NCBI GenBank assembly: GCA_977018835.1
Contig: OZ361260.1
Span: forward strand, 372,001 to 436,000
Length of the DNA stretch: 64,000 nucleotides
Direction: 5' to 3'
DNA from: Minutocellus sp. GHC0000111
Taxonomy: Eukaryota
Position numbers and translations under genes: made by a program. The notes under the pieces were generated by a model. That model was not told where the DNA came from. It searched no databases and saw only the letters and a list, made by a program, of their open reading frames with translations. Below are positions 45,223 through 57,649 of this stretch, in pieces; positions within the stretch are counted from its first letter, which is position 1; each line of letters opens with the position of its first letter.

Positions 45223-46029
45223 ATGTATCGACAACCCATCCTCTTTGTTTCGCTATTGATGCTGGGCATTGGCCTCCTCTCGCTGACGGTCGATGCGTTC
45301 TCAGCGCGTAACAGCATCAATAGCAATGCGTCTCCTCACCATCTCGTTCCACCGATGGCCCGAGGGGAGAGCCGATTCTTCCTCGACACGGCGTCAATAG
45401 ACGAGTGGAATGAACTCATACCGCTCGGAATCTTTCATGGCATAACAACGAACCCAACCATACTTGAGAGATGTGGCGTATCTTGCACAGTGGCATCAGT
45501 CCATGAATTGGCAGCCACTGCCTTGGGAATGGTCGATGAATTTTTGTGCCAGGCTTGGGGTTCAACGGCAGAGGAAATGTACAATGTAGGCATGGAATTG
45601 AGTGCACCGGATCGCGAACGCATCGTCATCAAGTGCCCAGTCACTGCGGAGGGAACAAAGGCGGCATCAAAGCTCATTAGTAAGGGAGTGCGAGTGTGTC
45701 TGACCGCATGCTACAACTCCAATCAAGCACTTGTTGCTGGGTCCTGTGGCGCAGACTATCTGGCTCCATACTTGGGAAGAATGACGGACGCTGGAAGAGA
45801 TGGATTGATGGAATGTCAAAAGATGCAAGACGTGGTTGATGGAATGGGCAGTACGACACGGATAATGGTGGGAAGTATTCGTAATGCTGATGATATGTCG
45901 ACGTTGGCGGCCGGTGGGTGTGACACCTTCACCTTTTCTCCTGACTGCGCACGATCATTGTTTGCGGATTCTCTTACCAACACTGCAGCTGCAGACTTTG
46001 AGGAGGCTGCCAAGAGAGGTGGTGCTTAG
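45223..46029 (+). CDS. Small transaldolase/fructose-6-phosphate aldolase family protein, predicted plastid-targeted
   Basis: 'FFLDTA', 'GITTNPTI', Schiff-base K in 'VIKCPVT', 'YLAPYLGRM'; signal VDA-FS. Confidence 0.88.
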   Translation: MYRQPILFVSLLMLGIGLLSLTVDAFSARNSINSNASPHHLVPPMARGESRFFLDTASIDEWNELIPLGIFHGITTNPTILERCGVSCTVASVHELAATALGMVDEFLCQAWGSTAEEMYNVGMELSAPDRERIVIKCPVTAEGTKAASKLISKGVRVCLTACYNSNQALVAGSCGADYLAPYLGRMTDAGRDGLMECQKMQDVVDGMGSTTRIMVGSIRNADDMSTLAAGGCDTFTFSPDCARSLFADSLTNTAAADFEEAAKRGGA

Positions 46030-46068
46030 AATCTGTGAATAGCATATTATTTAAATCTCCTAATTTAC

Positions 46069-46742
46069 CTACCACCTGAAATTCGATACAACATGTGTTG
46101 GGCGGACAAGATCACCGTTGGTATATCCCTTCTTCTCATTGAAACCCTTTAGTACTTTCTCCGCCCCACCGTTTGAGTAGCCCCCTGCGTCCTCGACGGC
46201 TTCAGAATGAATACCATCGGCAACGACCCAAAGGCTTTCAACAGCCGAGGCCTTGCCACCAATGATATCCGTCTCGAGGGCATCTACAACCATGATTACG
46301 GAATTATCAGCATTGGGAGTACTGGCATCATCATTCTCCAACTAACTTCACCGCTTGTGATAATTTGTTCAAAGTCGTCAATGTTGAAACCCAGCTTGTT
46401 GAGCATTTTGTGCGCATAGGACAATCGCTTGGAGCTATTTGAGAGGATAATAAGTCTTTTGCCTTTGGCCTTGAGGTTAGATATTGTCTCCAGAACTCCA
46501 TCGTAGGGCTTACTTCCATCATGCATCACCCCCCACATGTCGAGCAGGTACGTGTCATAATCCGGCAAAGAACTCACGCCGGACACGTAGTCGAGTCTAG
46601 TGGTGCCGGTTTCGGCCGAGGTGGACGACAATGCCATTGTAGTGACGGCCCTGGCAGCAACCCCACCGGCAGACAACGGGGTAAATGCCGAAACCGATGC
46701 CACGCCGCAAAGTGCACCGACTATTGCACGAGAGTAGAACAT
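46069..46742 (-). pseudogene. HAD-IIA hydrolase (plastid-targeted) with central deletion
   Basis: 'LLDMWGVMHDG', 'LSNSS', 'ITSGE' then a frame-breaking jump (~46330) to 'MVVDALETDI'; cap domain/GKP motif missing. Confidence 0.75.
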
Positions 46743-47074
46743 TGCTGTAGAGAATGCCACTGACGTTGAATTTAGCATTTGCAATTGGGCTCATTTTTTC
46801 TTGCGCGATCGCGAAAAGCGACGAAGCGCCCGGAAACTGAATGGATGTGCTGCTGCAGGCATGCATGCATGCCGGGCCTGTCGATGCCAATGGATCGGCA
46901 TCGATGCTCGGGAATGGAGATCGGCATCGGCACAGCCGGTACCGGCACGTGTAGTCTAGCTAGATCTAGTAGGTATCTCAGTAGCAATTCATTTCAGTTA
47001 TACATACCGGTACGCTAGTCTATATTTTATACATGTATCTTACATTCGTCAACAATAACACGTCAAAAGCAAGA

Positions 47075-48979
47075 TCAAATGCTCGGCTCGTCTTCATCAT
47101 GCACGCGAATGCCAGAAGGACTCGTAGTACAGCTCCGAGACAAAAGGTGCTTGCCGTTATAAGTTTCAGGGGTCAATCTCCCATCGCTCTTGGTGTAGGT
47201 CAGAGACTCTAGGAAAGTCGGGTCCTCATCCTCGCTCAGAGTAATGTTGTGCCGTCCGTCTGCGAGAGATGCGTTCTTCCGCTCGATTAGCTGAGGGTCG
47301 AAGTCGATTATCAGATCATTGTCAGGTAGGCTGTAGGCCAAGTCTGACACTGTCGAGGATTGACGGTTATGCTGAGCCGACTTGGTCGCACCACTACCAG
47401 CATTGGTAGCTGTGGGTCGAGATTTGTGGCGGTTCGCGGGGTGGCTGAGTGGACTGATTGGCCGGCACTCGTCAAACGGATTTTGGTCGCCGTCACAATC
47501 GTCAAAGCCGGAACCTTCATCGAAGGGAGTCTCCTCTGCATCAGTAACGGTGATATCGAAGGAGTTTGAATAAGGTGACAGTGCCCGAGGACTATCAACA
47601 ACATCAAACGGTTGCTCCTCGTCTTCAGCTACATATGATGAGTAAGGAAACGTACAGAGCGATAGCGATGGGAGTTCACCACTATCCTCTACAGCATCGT
47701 TCGAAGATAATTGGACAGACGCACGGACCTGTACAGGGCTCTTCTCTCTTCGAGACGGACACTGAGTGAATGAAACATTTTGTTGCATCTTCTGACGCTG
47801 AGGGTGGTGCTCCATGCCGCTATTATCGTCGTCATATTCAGCGACCGACATGGGAGAGCCTGGACCAGTAGAATCTATCGCAGAGGCAAATTTCTTTCGT
47901 TCAGTGGAAACATCAGGTGTGTGGTACATTCCGCCCAATTCTTCGTAACAGGGGTGGCCTCTGGTCGGCGGAGGCGGTACGTGTAGGGGGGGTGTCGACC
48001 CGACCATATTTCGCTCGCAAGAAAACTCATCCTCAGAACCGGCAAGAAGATGAGGCTGGTCGCAGTAATACGATGGTGTGCGGGATGCATCATCGTCCAA
48101 AACTTCGTCCTCGGGGACCATATTTTCATCATTGCTGCAAAATGAGACTCTAGCAGGTGCTGCAGGTCGACGCAATTGTGGCAACTCGTCGTCTAGTCCC
48201 AATGGATCTTCTTCGCCGACAACAAGAGGAGTTTTGGCGATTGAGGTGGAGATATTTCCAGTACCAGCCTCGGCCTCCCTTTCAAATGAATCAATATCCT
48301 CGCGAATCTGCTCAAATGATGATGCAACGGCGATCCGAGGTATATCACCGGGATTGATGGCATCGTCATCGGCTTGAGATGTTGATAGCATGTAATCTTC
48401 GGTGTCATCGATGCCATGCTCATCAATGTGATCGGGAGAGTCGGTGTCGGTAAACTTGGAACAACCCAAACTGCTGACTGCACTGACGGCACTATAGACG
48501 CGATGGAGGGGGGCAGGTGACGGAGGGACAATGACAGTCTGCTGCTGCTGCTGTTGCTGCTGCGATCTTCGGGGTGGTGTCACCTTCTTTTTGGCCCTTT
48601 GCAAAATATATCCCCTCCGAGCAGGACTGTTGCCGTCGCTGGAAGACCCAGCAATGCTACTGGTAGCAGCAGCTGCGCCAGTCAGAGGACCGGACGGGAT
48701 GCGCAGGAGCATCCCTTCCAGTGTTTCACTGCTATAGCGCATGTCCTGGGCAAAGTCGTCGTTCTCCTGCGCCTCGACGCGTTTCTGCATCATGGCCTTG
48801 TGCTGCAGCGACGACGATAAACGCAGACGTTGCAATCGTCGAAGGCGGGGGGCATCAGCAGATGCATCGCCGGAGTCGCCAGATTTGTTAGAGTTGCGAC
48901 TTGGGAAGCGCCGGTGGCGACGTCGCTGAGCGTTGGATCCATCGTTGGTTGACTCGGGAGGAGTGGATGAGGCGATCAT
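47075..48979 (-). CDS. Low-complexity/disordered hypothetical protein
   Basis: Long intact ORF, Ser/Asp/Pro-rich, poly-Q, repeated PFD motifs. Confidence 0.65.
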   Translation of the reverse strand: MIASSTPPESTNDGSNAQRRRHRRFPSRNSNKSGDSGDASADAPRLRRLQRLRLSSSLQHKAMMQKRVEAQENDDFAQDMRYSSETLEGMLLRIPSGPLTGAAAATSSIAGSSSDGNSPARRGYILQRAKKKVTPPRRSQQQQQQQQTVIVPPSPAPLHRVYSAVSAVSSLGCSKFTDTDSPDHIDEHGIDDTEDYMLSTSQADDDAINPGDIPRIAVASSFEQIREDIDSFEREAEAGTGNISTSIAKTPLVVGEEDPLGLDDELPQLRRPAAPARVSFCSNDENMVPEDEVLDDDASRTPSYYCDQPHLLAGSEDEFSCERNMVGSTPPLHVPPPPTRGHPCYEELGGMYHTPDVSTERKKFASAIDSTGPGSPMSVAEYDDDNSGMEHHPQRQKMQQNVSFTQCPSRREKSPVQVRASVQLSSNDAVEDSGELPSLSLCTFPYSSYVAEDEEQPFDVVDSPRALSPYSNSFDITVTDAEETPFDEGSGFDDCDGDQNPFDECRPISPLSHPANRHKSRPTATNAGSGATKSAQHNRQSSTVSDLAYSLPDNDLIIDFDPQLIERKNASLADGRHNITLSEDEDPTFLESLTYTKSDGRLTPETYNGKHLLSRSCTTSPSGIRVHDEDEPSI

Positions 48980-49716
48980 ACTAGCTAGTATTGAAATCGA
49001 AAGCGTGTTGCGCTGATTGGTTTGGTGCACTTTTTCAACTTCTGTTGCCAAAATTACAAGAGAGGGCTGGGAGATCGGTGCACCTTGCGTCAAGAGTTTT
49101 AATATTGGCCGGAGCAAATCAGATACGAACACGCGCCGAAGTCCAAGGAATGATGTTTTGATGATGCCACTAGTTGAGATTGGATGGTTCGATTTTTAAA
49201 ATGGTTCGAGTCAAACAACAACACCTTATATGATCGGTTGGAAGCTTCAATCTTGCCAAAGAGACCGTTGAAAGTTTTGTTGAGAATAATCACTCGAGGG
49301 CTAGAAAGCTGCGTACGTGGCTGCAGGCATCCAAGCCAGGATATCAGCACCAAACAAAGAAGATTGAAGGCGATCCTTGCAAGTTGTGGTTACAGCTTGC
49401 TAGGCTAGTAGGTAGCTCCTTCTTTCGATATCAACAATACCGTGATGATCAGATCGTTTCGAGCCGTTGGGGAAATGAGAGTTGTGACCGCCTGCCACAA
49501 TGAAGATAAAAAAATATCCCCAAGAAATTGAATGTTCAAAACAGGGGGCAACGGCCCCCTTATATTATCAAAAGCAAATGCCTGGTCATTTTTAGCATAA
49601 ATAATTATTGCAATTGAAGTCGAACGAGTCGAGTCGAGTCGGCTTAAATTTCTGCATGTTGCCAGTCCAGCACTGGCATCATCATTTATTTATCGTCCCA
49701 AGGATCAACAATCAAG

Positions 49717-50440
49717 ATGGAAGATATCCTCAAGCTGGCCGCCGACAGCGGCATGACCAAAGAACAGGGAGAGAAGACGACCGGTAAGATGCCGTTTCGT
49801 TGGTTGTGTGTCGAGGATGTCCATGCACGACGCTCAATCGCAGAGCGGCGAATGCTCGCCATGCTGTTTCTCTTTCCGGCCATAATTATTGGCCAATAAG
49901 TACATTAATTGTGCTCAATACTTTTCATCCTCTTCGATTCCATCGTTCTATCGTACTACCAATTATCCGTCTTCAGGTGGCGTATTCTCCCTCCTCAAAA
50001 ATCAGCTCGATGCTCCTCAGTTCAAGACGATTACCGAAAAGATTCCTGGAAGTGAGAAGCTCATTGATGACTTTCTCAAATCATCCCAGGGTGGTGAGGC
50101 TGGAACTTCCAAGAAGGGTGGAAGTCCTCTCTCTGGCCTCATGGGAATGTTCGGCAAGAAGAAAAAGTCTACCGAGGCCGCTCCCGAGGGTGGAGATCGT
50201 GCTGCTGCTGGCGATGGAGTTACCAACGTCACTGATCTCTTGGGCGTCCTCAACAAGCAAGGAGTTAGTACCTCTGACGCTTCGTCCTTCCTCCCCAAGT
50301 TGACGCAAATGATCCAAGACAAGGCTGGCGTCGATGTCGGCTCTATCCTTGGTGGAGTTGACATGAAGAAGCTGGAAGGCATCGCTTCGTCCATCCCTGG
50401 TGGCAAAGACATCATGTCTAAGATCCCTCTGGCTCAGTGA
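49717..50440 (+). CDS. DUF2780 (VcgC)-like small helical protein, 2 exons (intron 49784-49976)
   Basis: 'GMTKEQGEKTTGGVFSLLKNQL....F..I...IPG...L' resembles the bacterial family pattern. Confidence 0.55.
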
Positions 50441-50936
50441 GGATGTCTATTTGTGTTTTGTGGAATAAAAGACGTTGTCTCCTCAGATCTTCATCATACA
50501 TAGATATATGTGTATGGAAGTTAACACATTGTCAAAAAATTATTTTAAATCTTGATATTACTCAATCAATGTGTCTATCTTCGCTGTTGTCACATTTTCG
50601 GTATGCATTTTACATGTGTTGGATGTTGCCTTCTACGTACGTAGCTTGGCTAGCTAGCCTCCTAGCTTCGTAGATACCTACAGTGTACTTACATATACTT
50701 CTCATTCAGCATTTCCGTGTTTGAACTTTTTATTCTACTACGTAGATATACATGCATGCCGTCTATTGCAATAGATTGAACTTGTTGATTTAGTATTGTC
50801 AATTCGTATCTTTTCCTTTCTTCGACATTTATTTCTACATCACCGCACATGCATGTTCCCTTCTCCTCGAAAATATCTCAGATGTTACTTTTCCCACTGT
50901 CTCTCGCAACGTACATGTACTACGTAGTAGCTTGAA

Positions 50937-51787
50937 TCAAACCTCAACAAGGGTGTATTGATAAATCATTCCTTTGTTCATGGCTTTCTTGCACTTTTTG
51001 AGAACCATGCCTGAGTTTGATCCCACGTCTTCGGGCAGGCCACGAGGAACCAAGCAGAAACTATTGGCATCTGGTCCTAGCGGTAAGTTGCGAATGGTAC
51101 CACTACCATCGCGATTTTCAAGCCTCCACACCTCATTTGTCAGACCTTCGCAGTCGGCCAACTGCAGCAGGGTGCGCTTTCGAGCAATATCAGAAATTGG
51201 CTGCAGACACAGCTCTGGTTCAAGGAAGGAACGGAATTTGACAATATCTCCAGCACCCTTGTCTCTCGACTCAACAATAAAGGTCTGAGACAACTCGCTC
51301 TTATCACAGGGATTGATCACCAAGGCATCATCCTTCGGTCTGCCGCTGTTTCGCAGATCGAAGCAAAAGTCCGTTCCAGTCGCCTTGATCATATACTTTT
51401 TACGAGTTGCAGTTTCAGGAGCAGGCGGTGCCTCATCGGGTGCATCGGGGGCCGTAGAGATGGGCTTGGTATTCGCATTGCAGTAGTTGCCGATGTTGTA
51501 CTCGATTCCATTGGCCGCGCACTTGCAGATATCGGCTCTTCCGCATCCACATCCACCTGGACCGTTCACTTCGGTAACGTAACACGAATTGAACCGTTGA
51601 CATTGCGGACCTCGAAGTTGCAGTTGCCCGTACAAAGACGCTGCTCCCATATTGCGCAATCACCGAAACCATTGGCTTCAATGACACACACGGGTCGAAA
51701 TGGCTGGCCATGGCCGAGGGAAGCTATGGATGAGGCCGTGAGAAGGAGCAGAAAAGATGAGGCAGGCTTGGCTTGAAAGAATAGCAT
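50937..51787 (-). CDS. Secreted Cys-rich protein with C-terminal ricin-B-like lectin domain (frameshift ~51595)
   Basis: Signal peptide; three 'C.....C....Q.F/W' beta-trefoil repeats. Confidence 0.6.
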
Positions 51788-52239
51788 GGTAGGTGATTGA
51801 TAGGTGTAGCTGCGCGCGTTTGTGGTTCGAGGGTAAGCTGAATGGGGCCGAAAGAGAACTGGTTGGAGGCAATCGGGCGCGCGAAGCAACAACATGTAAA
51901 GTGCTACGTACGTACTGTGTCGTACCTAGGTACGTGTAGGGACTGCTCTCGTGGCCAATTGTAGAGATGATACCAGGTACATGTAAATAAAACCTCTCGT
52001 CACATACATGTACAGTCCGGACTTACACACGCAGCAACACCAATTGAACATTGAGTTTGTGTTTCGTTTTTATTTATTTTACATACCGGTGCATGTAGAT
52101 CTACCGGTATCACAATACATGTAGATCTAGATCTACACATGTGTAAAATCATCCTCCAATCCATGACTCGTCGTCACACAAGATCAGATCAGCAAATGTT
52201 GTTCTGAATGCAGTTAGTTGCTTTTGCAATAGCGAATTA

Positions 52240-52704
52240 TTAATTTCCCAGCTTTCCCTGCCCAGCCAATCCGGCGAGAATAATAAAGATCAACAAGAGC
52301 ACTGCTAAGAAGGCGATGGCGGCAGTGTTCATCCTGAGCTTCTTTTGGAGTTCTGCGTCTGGATCATTTGCACCATTGTACACCATGCCGCCATTCTCGT
52401 CGTCAAATCCTCCACCGTCGCCATATCCTCCCTCCTCATCACCGTATTGCTCATCGCCGTATCCTTGGTCGTCTCCGTACTCCTGATTGTCGCCATATCC
52501 CTCATCTTGTTGATCACCGTAGCCGTCGTCGTCGCCCCATCCTCCATCTTCGCCACCTCCGTCGTCGTATCCATCTTGCTGGTCATATCCATCGTCATCG
52601 CCCCAACCACCATCGTCGCCGCCATCTTGCTGGTCGTCATAGGGCTCCATCTCGCCGCCATCGCCTCCGCCGTCTCCCCATTCGTCGTTGTCGTCCTGAT
52701 CCAT
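52240..52704 (-). CDS. Gly/Asp/Tyr-rich repeat protein with C-terminal TM anchor
   Basis: DDGGWGDDDGY repeats followed by 'AIAFLAVLLLIFIILAGL'. Confidence 0.7.
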   Translation of the reverse strand: MDQDDNDEWGDGGGDGGEMEPYDDQQDGGDDGGWGDDDGYDQQDGYDDGGGEDGGWGDDDGYGDQQDEGYGDNQEYGDDQGYGDEQYGDEEGGYGDGGGFDDENGGMVYNGANDPDAELQKKLRMNTAAIAFLAVLLLIFIILAGLAGQGKLGN

Positions 52705-53177
52705 GTTTGACGTTCCTCTTCCTACTTTTCGAAGCGAACAATCCTCGGTTGTGAGCGTTGCTCGTGTTTTCGGGATGTGATGTGCTGCGTAGCTGCAGCG
52801 AGAAGATGAGATTGCCTGGTTGCTCAAGGAACTTTCTTGGCTGCTGCCTTGTCCACCTATCGATTGGCTATGTACAAACGGTACGAATCGCGACTCTTGG
52901 CTATTTCACTCGAATGAATCGAAGGAATCGTATCAATTGAAGTGATGGCCTCCCTACGTAGGCCTAGCTACGTAGCCTAGGCCTAGGTACTACAATAGGC
53001 CTAGAGTATGGCGCGCTGACAGCTGACAGACGCTGGCGTGTGACTTCGTGAGACTTGCTCGACAGACTGGGTCTCTGGTCAAGGGAAATTTCAATTATGC
53101 CCCTGTTCGAACTTGCACCTTGACCACATCGAGGCATCTTTATGCCCACTTGATGGAAAGTACACTAATATCGCAAG

Positions 53178-56100
53178 ATGAGGCGCTCGCGAAGCAGAGA
53201 TCCTCGGCCGGTGTCTTCTTCGACCAATGCTCAGAAGCCTCGAAGTAGCTCCCTGAGCCGCGAGAACAAGCTGGACGACATCCTTGCGGAAGCAGGAGGA
53301 TCGACGGCGAAGAATGCTGCTCCGTCTTCGTCGAATGCCGGTACCGGTAGGAAGCCAATTGCAAGGATTGGAACCAGTAGAAAGGATCCCGCCTCCTCGT
53401 CCACGGCTAGAGTATCGCGGGCGACTGGGCGCAAGACTCGCACGTCAGCAGCCGGTAGCGCAAGGCGTGGCTCTGGTGGTGCTGGTGGTGCTGGCGTTTC
53501 CAGCAGGCCCGCAGGTTCTTCAACCGCATCGGCAACGAATGCTGCCGGGCACGCCGCGTCGGGCCAGGCGCGCTATGGCAAGATCTCCAATCTACAGGAA
53601 GAGGCTCGGCTGCTATCGAACGAAAAGCGTCGGATGCAGCGTCAGCTGCGAGAACGCGACACGCAGATGGAAGATCTTCAGGCTCAGCTTCGCGAAATGC
53701 AGATCCAGTTGGCAAAGAATGACAAGCTGGTCAAGCAACTTCCGACTCTGAAGCAGTCCAAGGTCGTCACAACTAGTTCGAAGCCACTTGCGGCCGGCGA
53801 TGGAGATGCCGACTCTACTTCCATTGCCACCTTTTCTTCTGATGAGCAGGCGGAAGATTATGATATGATATCTGGCGCAGCGTTTGCGGCCGATGATGCT
53901 GCGGCACAGGCCGAGGCCATTCGCAGGTTGGCCGCTGCTGCAACCAAAAACCGCACGATGTATGATGCCGAGAAGTCCAAGTTCGAACGGCTAAAGGATC
54001 GGCTTGCGGAATCACTCGACGAGGTGGAGGATTTGAACGATGAATTAGAAGAGATGGAGGCAGGTAAGTGGACAAAGCTAATTTCGTACCTACTAGCTAG
54101 GTAACGTGCTGGGCTTATGGGTATGATTTTTCTCCAGCGCTTCCTCGCTCACAGCTCAATATTTCTTCGCAAATGCTGCTTCAACTCCTCTCGTCCAAAC
54201 CATAGAACATACAATCGAGATACTGAAAATGGAGAAGGAAATGGATGAACTGGAAAACGAGATTGACGACCTAACTCAGCAGCTTGCCGACCTTGAAGAG
54301 AAGCAAGCTGACCAGGATGACAAACGACGAGGCAGCAACCAATCTGGCGATGGTATTCGTGGTCCTGGTGGAGCTCTTGCAGCTCAGGCCATGATTAGAG
54401 ATCGAGGAACAATTGATAAGCTCACAAAAGAATTGGATAGGACCCGTACGCGTCTGGTCGAAGTTGAGGATGAACTTCGCAGGAAGGAGTCGGAGCTTGC
54501 AGATAAGTACGAAGACGAGCTTGCTCTCAAGGATAGTGAAATCAACAAACTCAAGAGGGAGAACCGCCGACTCATAACGGCCAAAGGTTTCAGCGGTGGT
54601 GCTAGTGGTGGCAGTGAAAATAGCGATCTTGTCAGGGCACAAAATGAAATTGTGGACCTCAAGATGAAAATGGAGGAGATGGAGGAGGCTCATAAGCGAA
54701 GGTGCGAACAACTCGAATCAAGCTTTGATTCGGAGGTTCGGAAGAGTTATGAAGAAGTGGCGCTTCTTCGATCACAGATGGTCGATGATAATAAAACTCC
54801 TGGTGATAAAAGAGATGATCAGATGCGAGAAAAGGATGAAGAGGTTGCCAGGTGCGTTGCAATCGTCTGTGCAAGTTATGAGTTTTATATTTTGTGCAGG
54901 ACTTTACATATCCCGCCCGATTCGCATCTTCTCTCATGTCTACTTTCATTCCTGTGCTTTGTCCTCTTTGTTATATTATTCTCAGAGCCTTGTCTGAACT
55001 CAAGGTTGAGCATGTCAAGGTGACGCAGCTTCAGAGAGAAGTCGAATATTATAAAGAACGTAGCTCTGGCTTGGCCGGTACAGTCGTGACTTCGCCGGCA
55101 ACATCTACGAGCAGCATTGCCGATTCGGAAGCTCGGAAGCTACAGAATGAAGTCTTGGAAAAGGATGCAGAAATCAAAAAGCTCAAAGCTGATCTTGGGG
55201 GAAGCAAAGACACCTTGCATCGGTGCAAGGAGGAGGTTGAATTCCTTCAAGTGAAGTATAAGAATGCATGTGAGGAGTTGGAACATGTACAGAGTGATCT
55301 TCAAACGCTGACGAAGGAAAAGGAAGAAGCCGATCGTCTGCGCGATGCACCAAATGAAGCTGCTGAAAAAGAAATTGAAAACCTGAAATCCCGTCTTGAG
55401 ACTGCAAAGGTACAGCTCAGTGATAAGAAGGATGAGCTCAGTACATACGAAGCGAAGAATCGTGCGATGAATATTCAGGTCCGGGAATCGTGTAAGGAAC
55501 GAGACGCGTTGGAAGAAAAGAACAATAAGCTCATGAAAGATCTTGAGAAGGCAACAGAGTCGCTTCTTGGCGCCAAGAATGAGCTCAAAATGAAATTGTC
55601 TGAATTGGATGCAGTGGCAGATCTACAAAAAGAGAACGAGCGCCTTGTTGACGAGATCAAGACAAAGACTGCTGAGATCTCATCGGTGCAGAGTGAGCTA
55701 AGTTGTACCAAGGGCGAAGTCAAGGCACTGAAGGATGAAATGAAATCTTCACGCGATGAGCTCGTAAAGAAAACGCGCGAAGCGGAGAGATATTCGTCCG
55801 TTGCTGAAGGTGCCGATGCCGTGAGGGACCAATTGGCGAAAAAGGATGACGAAATCGCTGGTCTCGAGCAAAAGATTGGCATTTCTGAGCTAACTCTGGA
55901 GGAAATGAAGAAATCAATTATGGAGAAAGAGCAAGAGACGGAGGCGACAAACGAGAAGCTTCTGGCAGCTGAGAGCGAGATGGCTGAGCTCAAAGGTCGG
56001 CTAGAAGAGCTCAATGAGGAAAATATGAAGTTGATCAATGATATTGCTGAGGCACTAAATGCTGCTGGAAATTCGCAGGAAGCGACCGCTGTGAAGAAAA

Positions 56101-56497
56101 AGCTGAGGCTGCTCAAGCAACCGCCGCCCAGAAAGAAAATAGGCGAGGTCTTGGTGGTTTCATTCGACGGATGAGCGGTGACTTTGACGACGACGCGATT
56201 GAGGATATGATCAAAGAAAAGGAGGATGAGCCGGTAGTTGCTGACCTTGACGATGCCATTGATCAACTCAAAGAAAAGAATACCCGCATCAAGGAGCTAG
56301 AGGAGGCAGCAGACCAGCACGAGGAGGCGTTGCTTACTCTCAAGTCAGACCTCGTTCGTCTCAATGCCTCTTACAAAGATGATGACTATCTGAACAAAAA
56401 GAATATTGAAAAACTAAGGCAGGAAAACACCATGTACGCCATGCAGTTGCAGCGAATGGAACAAGAATTGGCTGAATATCGAGAGATGTATCAGTAG
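53178..56497 (+). CDS. Long coiled-coil protein, multi-exon, 1-nt frameshift ~56092
   Basis: Heptad-rich E/K/L ORFs linked by introns (~54064-54204, ~54852-54985). Confidence 0.75.
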
Positions 56498-56638
56498 TCA
56501 AAATTCTCTGGAATCTCAGCACTCCAAAAGAAAGAAATGTTACGTACTTATTGTTAATGTAATTCATAATCGATCTCCTGATGTGTTGTGCAGCATCTGT
56601 ATGAAGCAACCCAGGAAGGATTAGTTAGTGTCCCTTCC

Positions 56639-57649
56639 TCATACCAATTTGAATGCTCGTGGGACCGCAGTGTACCATCTTTTAGCTATATTTGATATCT
56701 CATCTTTGTCGTCTTCCAAAGTTTCAGCCGACCAGCTCCTCAAAGTCACAAGTGCAGGATCCTTCTCGAAATGTGAGGTGTGGCCAATTACTCCAGACGA
56801 AAGGCGAAAGAAAATGTCAGCCTCCTGGATGCTAATCGTTGCGTTATTGATAAAAGCAAATCGGTGGATTTTGGAAGCTTGGATTACAGCTATACTTTTG
56901 TTCGTACTGTATTTGCGTCGCAACCAGAGAGCAGCTGCGTCGGACTGGCTGTTTTGGGCTGGTTGACTGCGCGAGATATTGTGTAGGAACTCCGCAAGAA
57001 TTTCTTCAGCTCCCGGCGCTGTGAGATTGTATATGCCTCTCTTTCTACTTTTGATCCAGCAATTGTACATGTACGGTGTATCAGATGCTGTGAAGAAGCA
57101 TCTTTTCACATGCTTTGTACAGTTGACCTTTGCCTTGAGCTCGAGACTCGCATACTCGCCCCCTCTCACTTTGAAGCCGATTTGCTTGGCACCGGGAACG
57201 CTTGCATCTAACACGATGTAGTTATCTATCCTTTCTTCTCTGTCAACTTTGCCGAATTCCAATGACTCTTCGGGAAATACGACTCTAGAAACTTGTGGGT
57301 TCGTCAAAGACAAGGACTTGCTGGGGTCGCTGCTGCACGAAGATGGCAGAGTAAAGAACAGTCGGCTTTCTACATATCTCGTGGTAAATAAGTCCGTGTA
57401 TTTGTCGCGAACAGGCTTTCCGATGCCAAAATACGTCGCTGAAGGATGGTTCCGACTCATAGAAAACGACAGTGCCGCTTCTATTGATGGACCTCTGGAA
57501 GGAAACAGAAAAGAAAAGGTCCCAGTCATAGTCGGCGTCAAAGATGATGCGCTACTTTCATCGTGCCATCTTATTGCTGTTGGGAGTTCTGGAACAAATT
57601 GTTGTTTCGCATTATGTGCATGGTGCTGTGGTGTTGTTTCCGATGCCAT
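56639..57649 (-). CDS. CYTH/triphosphate-tunnel-like hypothetical protein
   Basis: 'ESRLFF', 'EERIDNY', 'GFKVRG...LELK', 'WIK', 'K.HR', 'WSAE' pattern. Confidence 0.45.
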   Translation of the reverse strand: MASETTPQHHAHNAKQQFVPELPTAIRWHDESSASSLTPTMTGTFSFLFPSRGPSIEAALSFSMSRNHPSATYFGIGKPVRDKYTDLFTTRYVESRLFFTLPSSCSSDPSKSLSLTNPQVSRVVFPEESLEFGKVDREERIDNYIVLDASVPGAKQIGFKVRGGEYASLELKAKVNCTKHVKRCFFTASDTPYMYNCWIKSRKRGIYNLTAPGAEEILAEFLHNISRSQPAQNSQSDAAALWLRRKYSTNKSIAVIQASKIHRFAFINNATISIQEADIFFRLSSGVIGHTSHFEKDPALVTLRSWSAETLEDDKDEISNIAKRWYTAVPRAFKLV

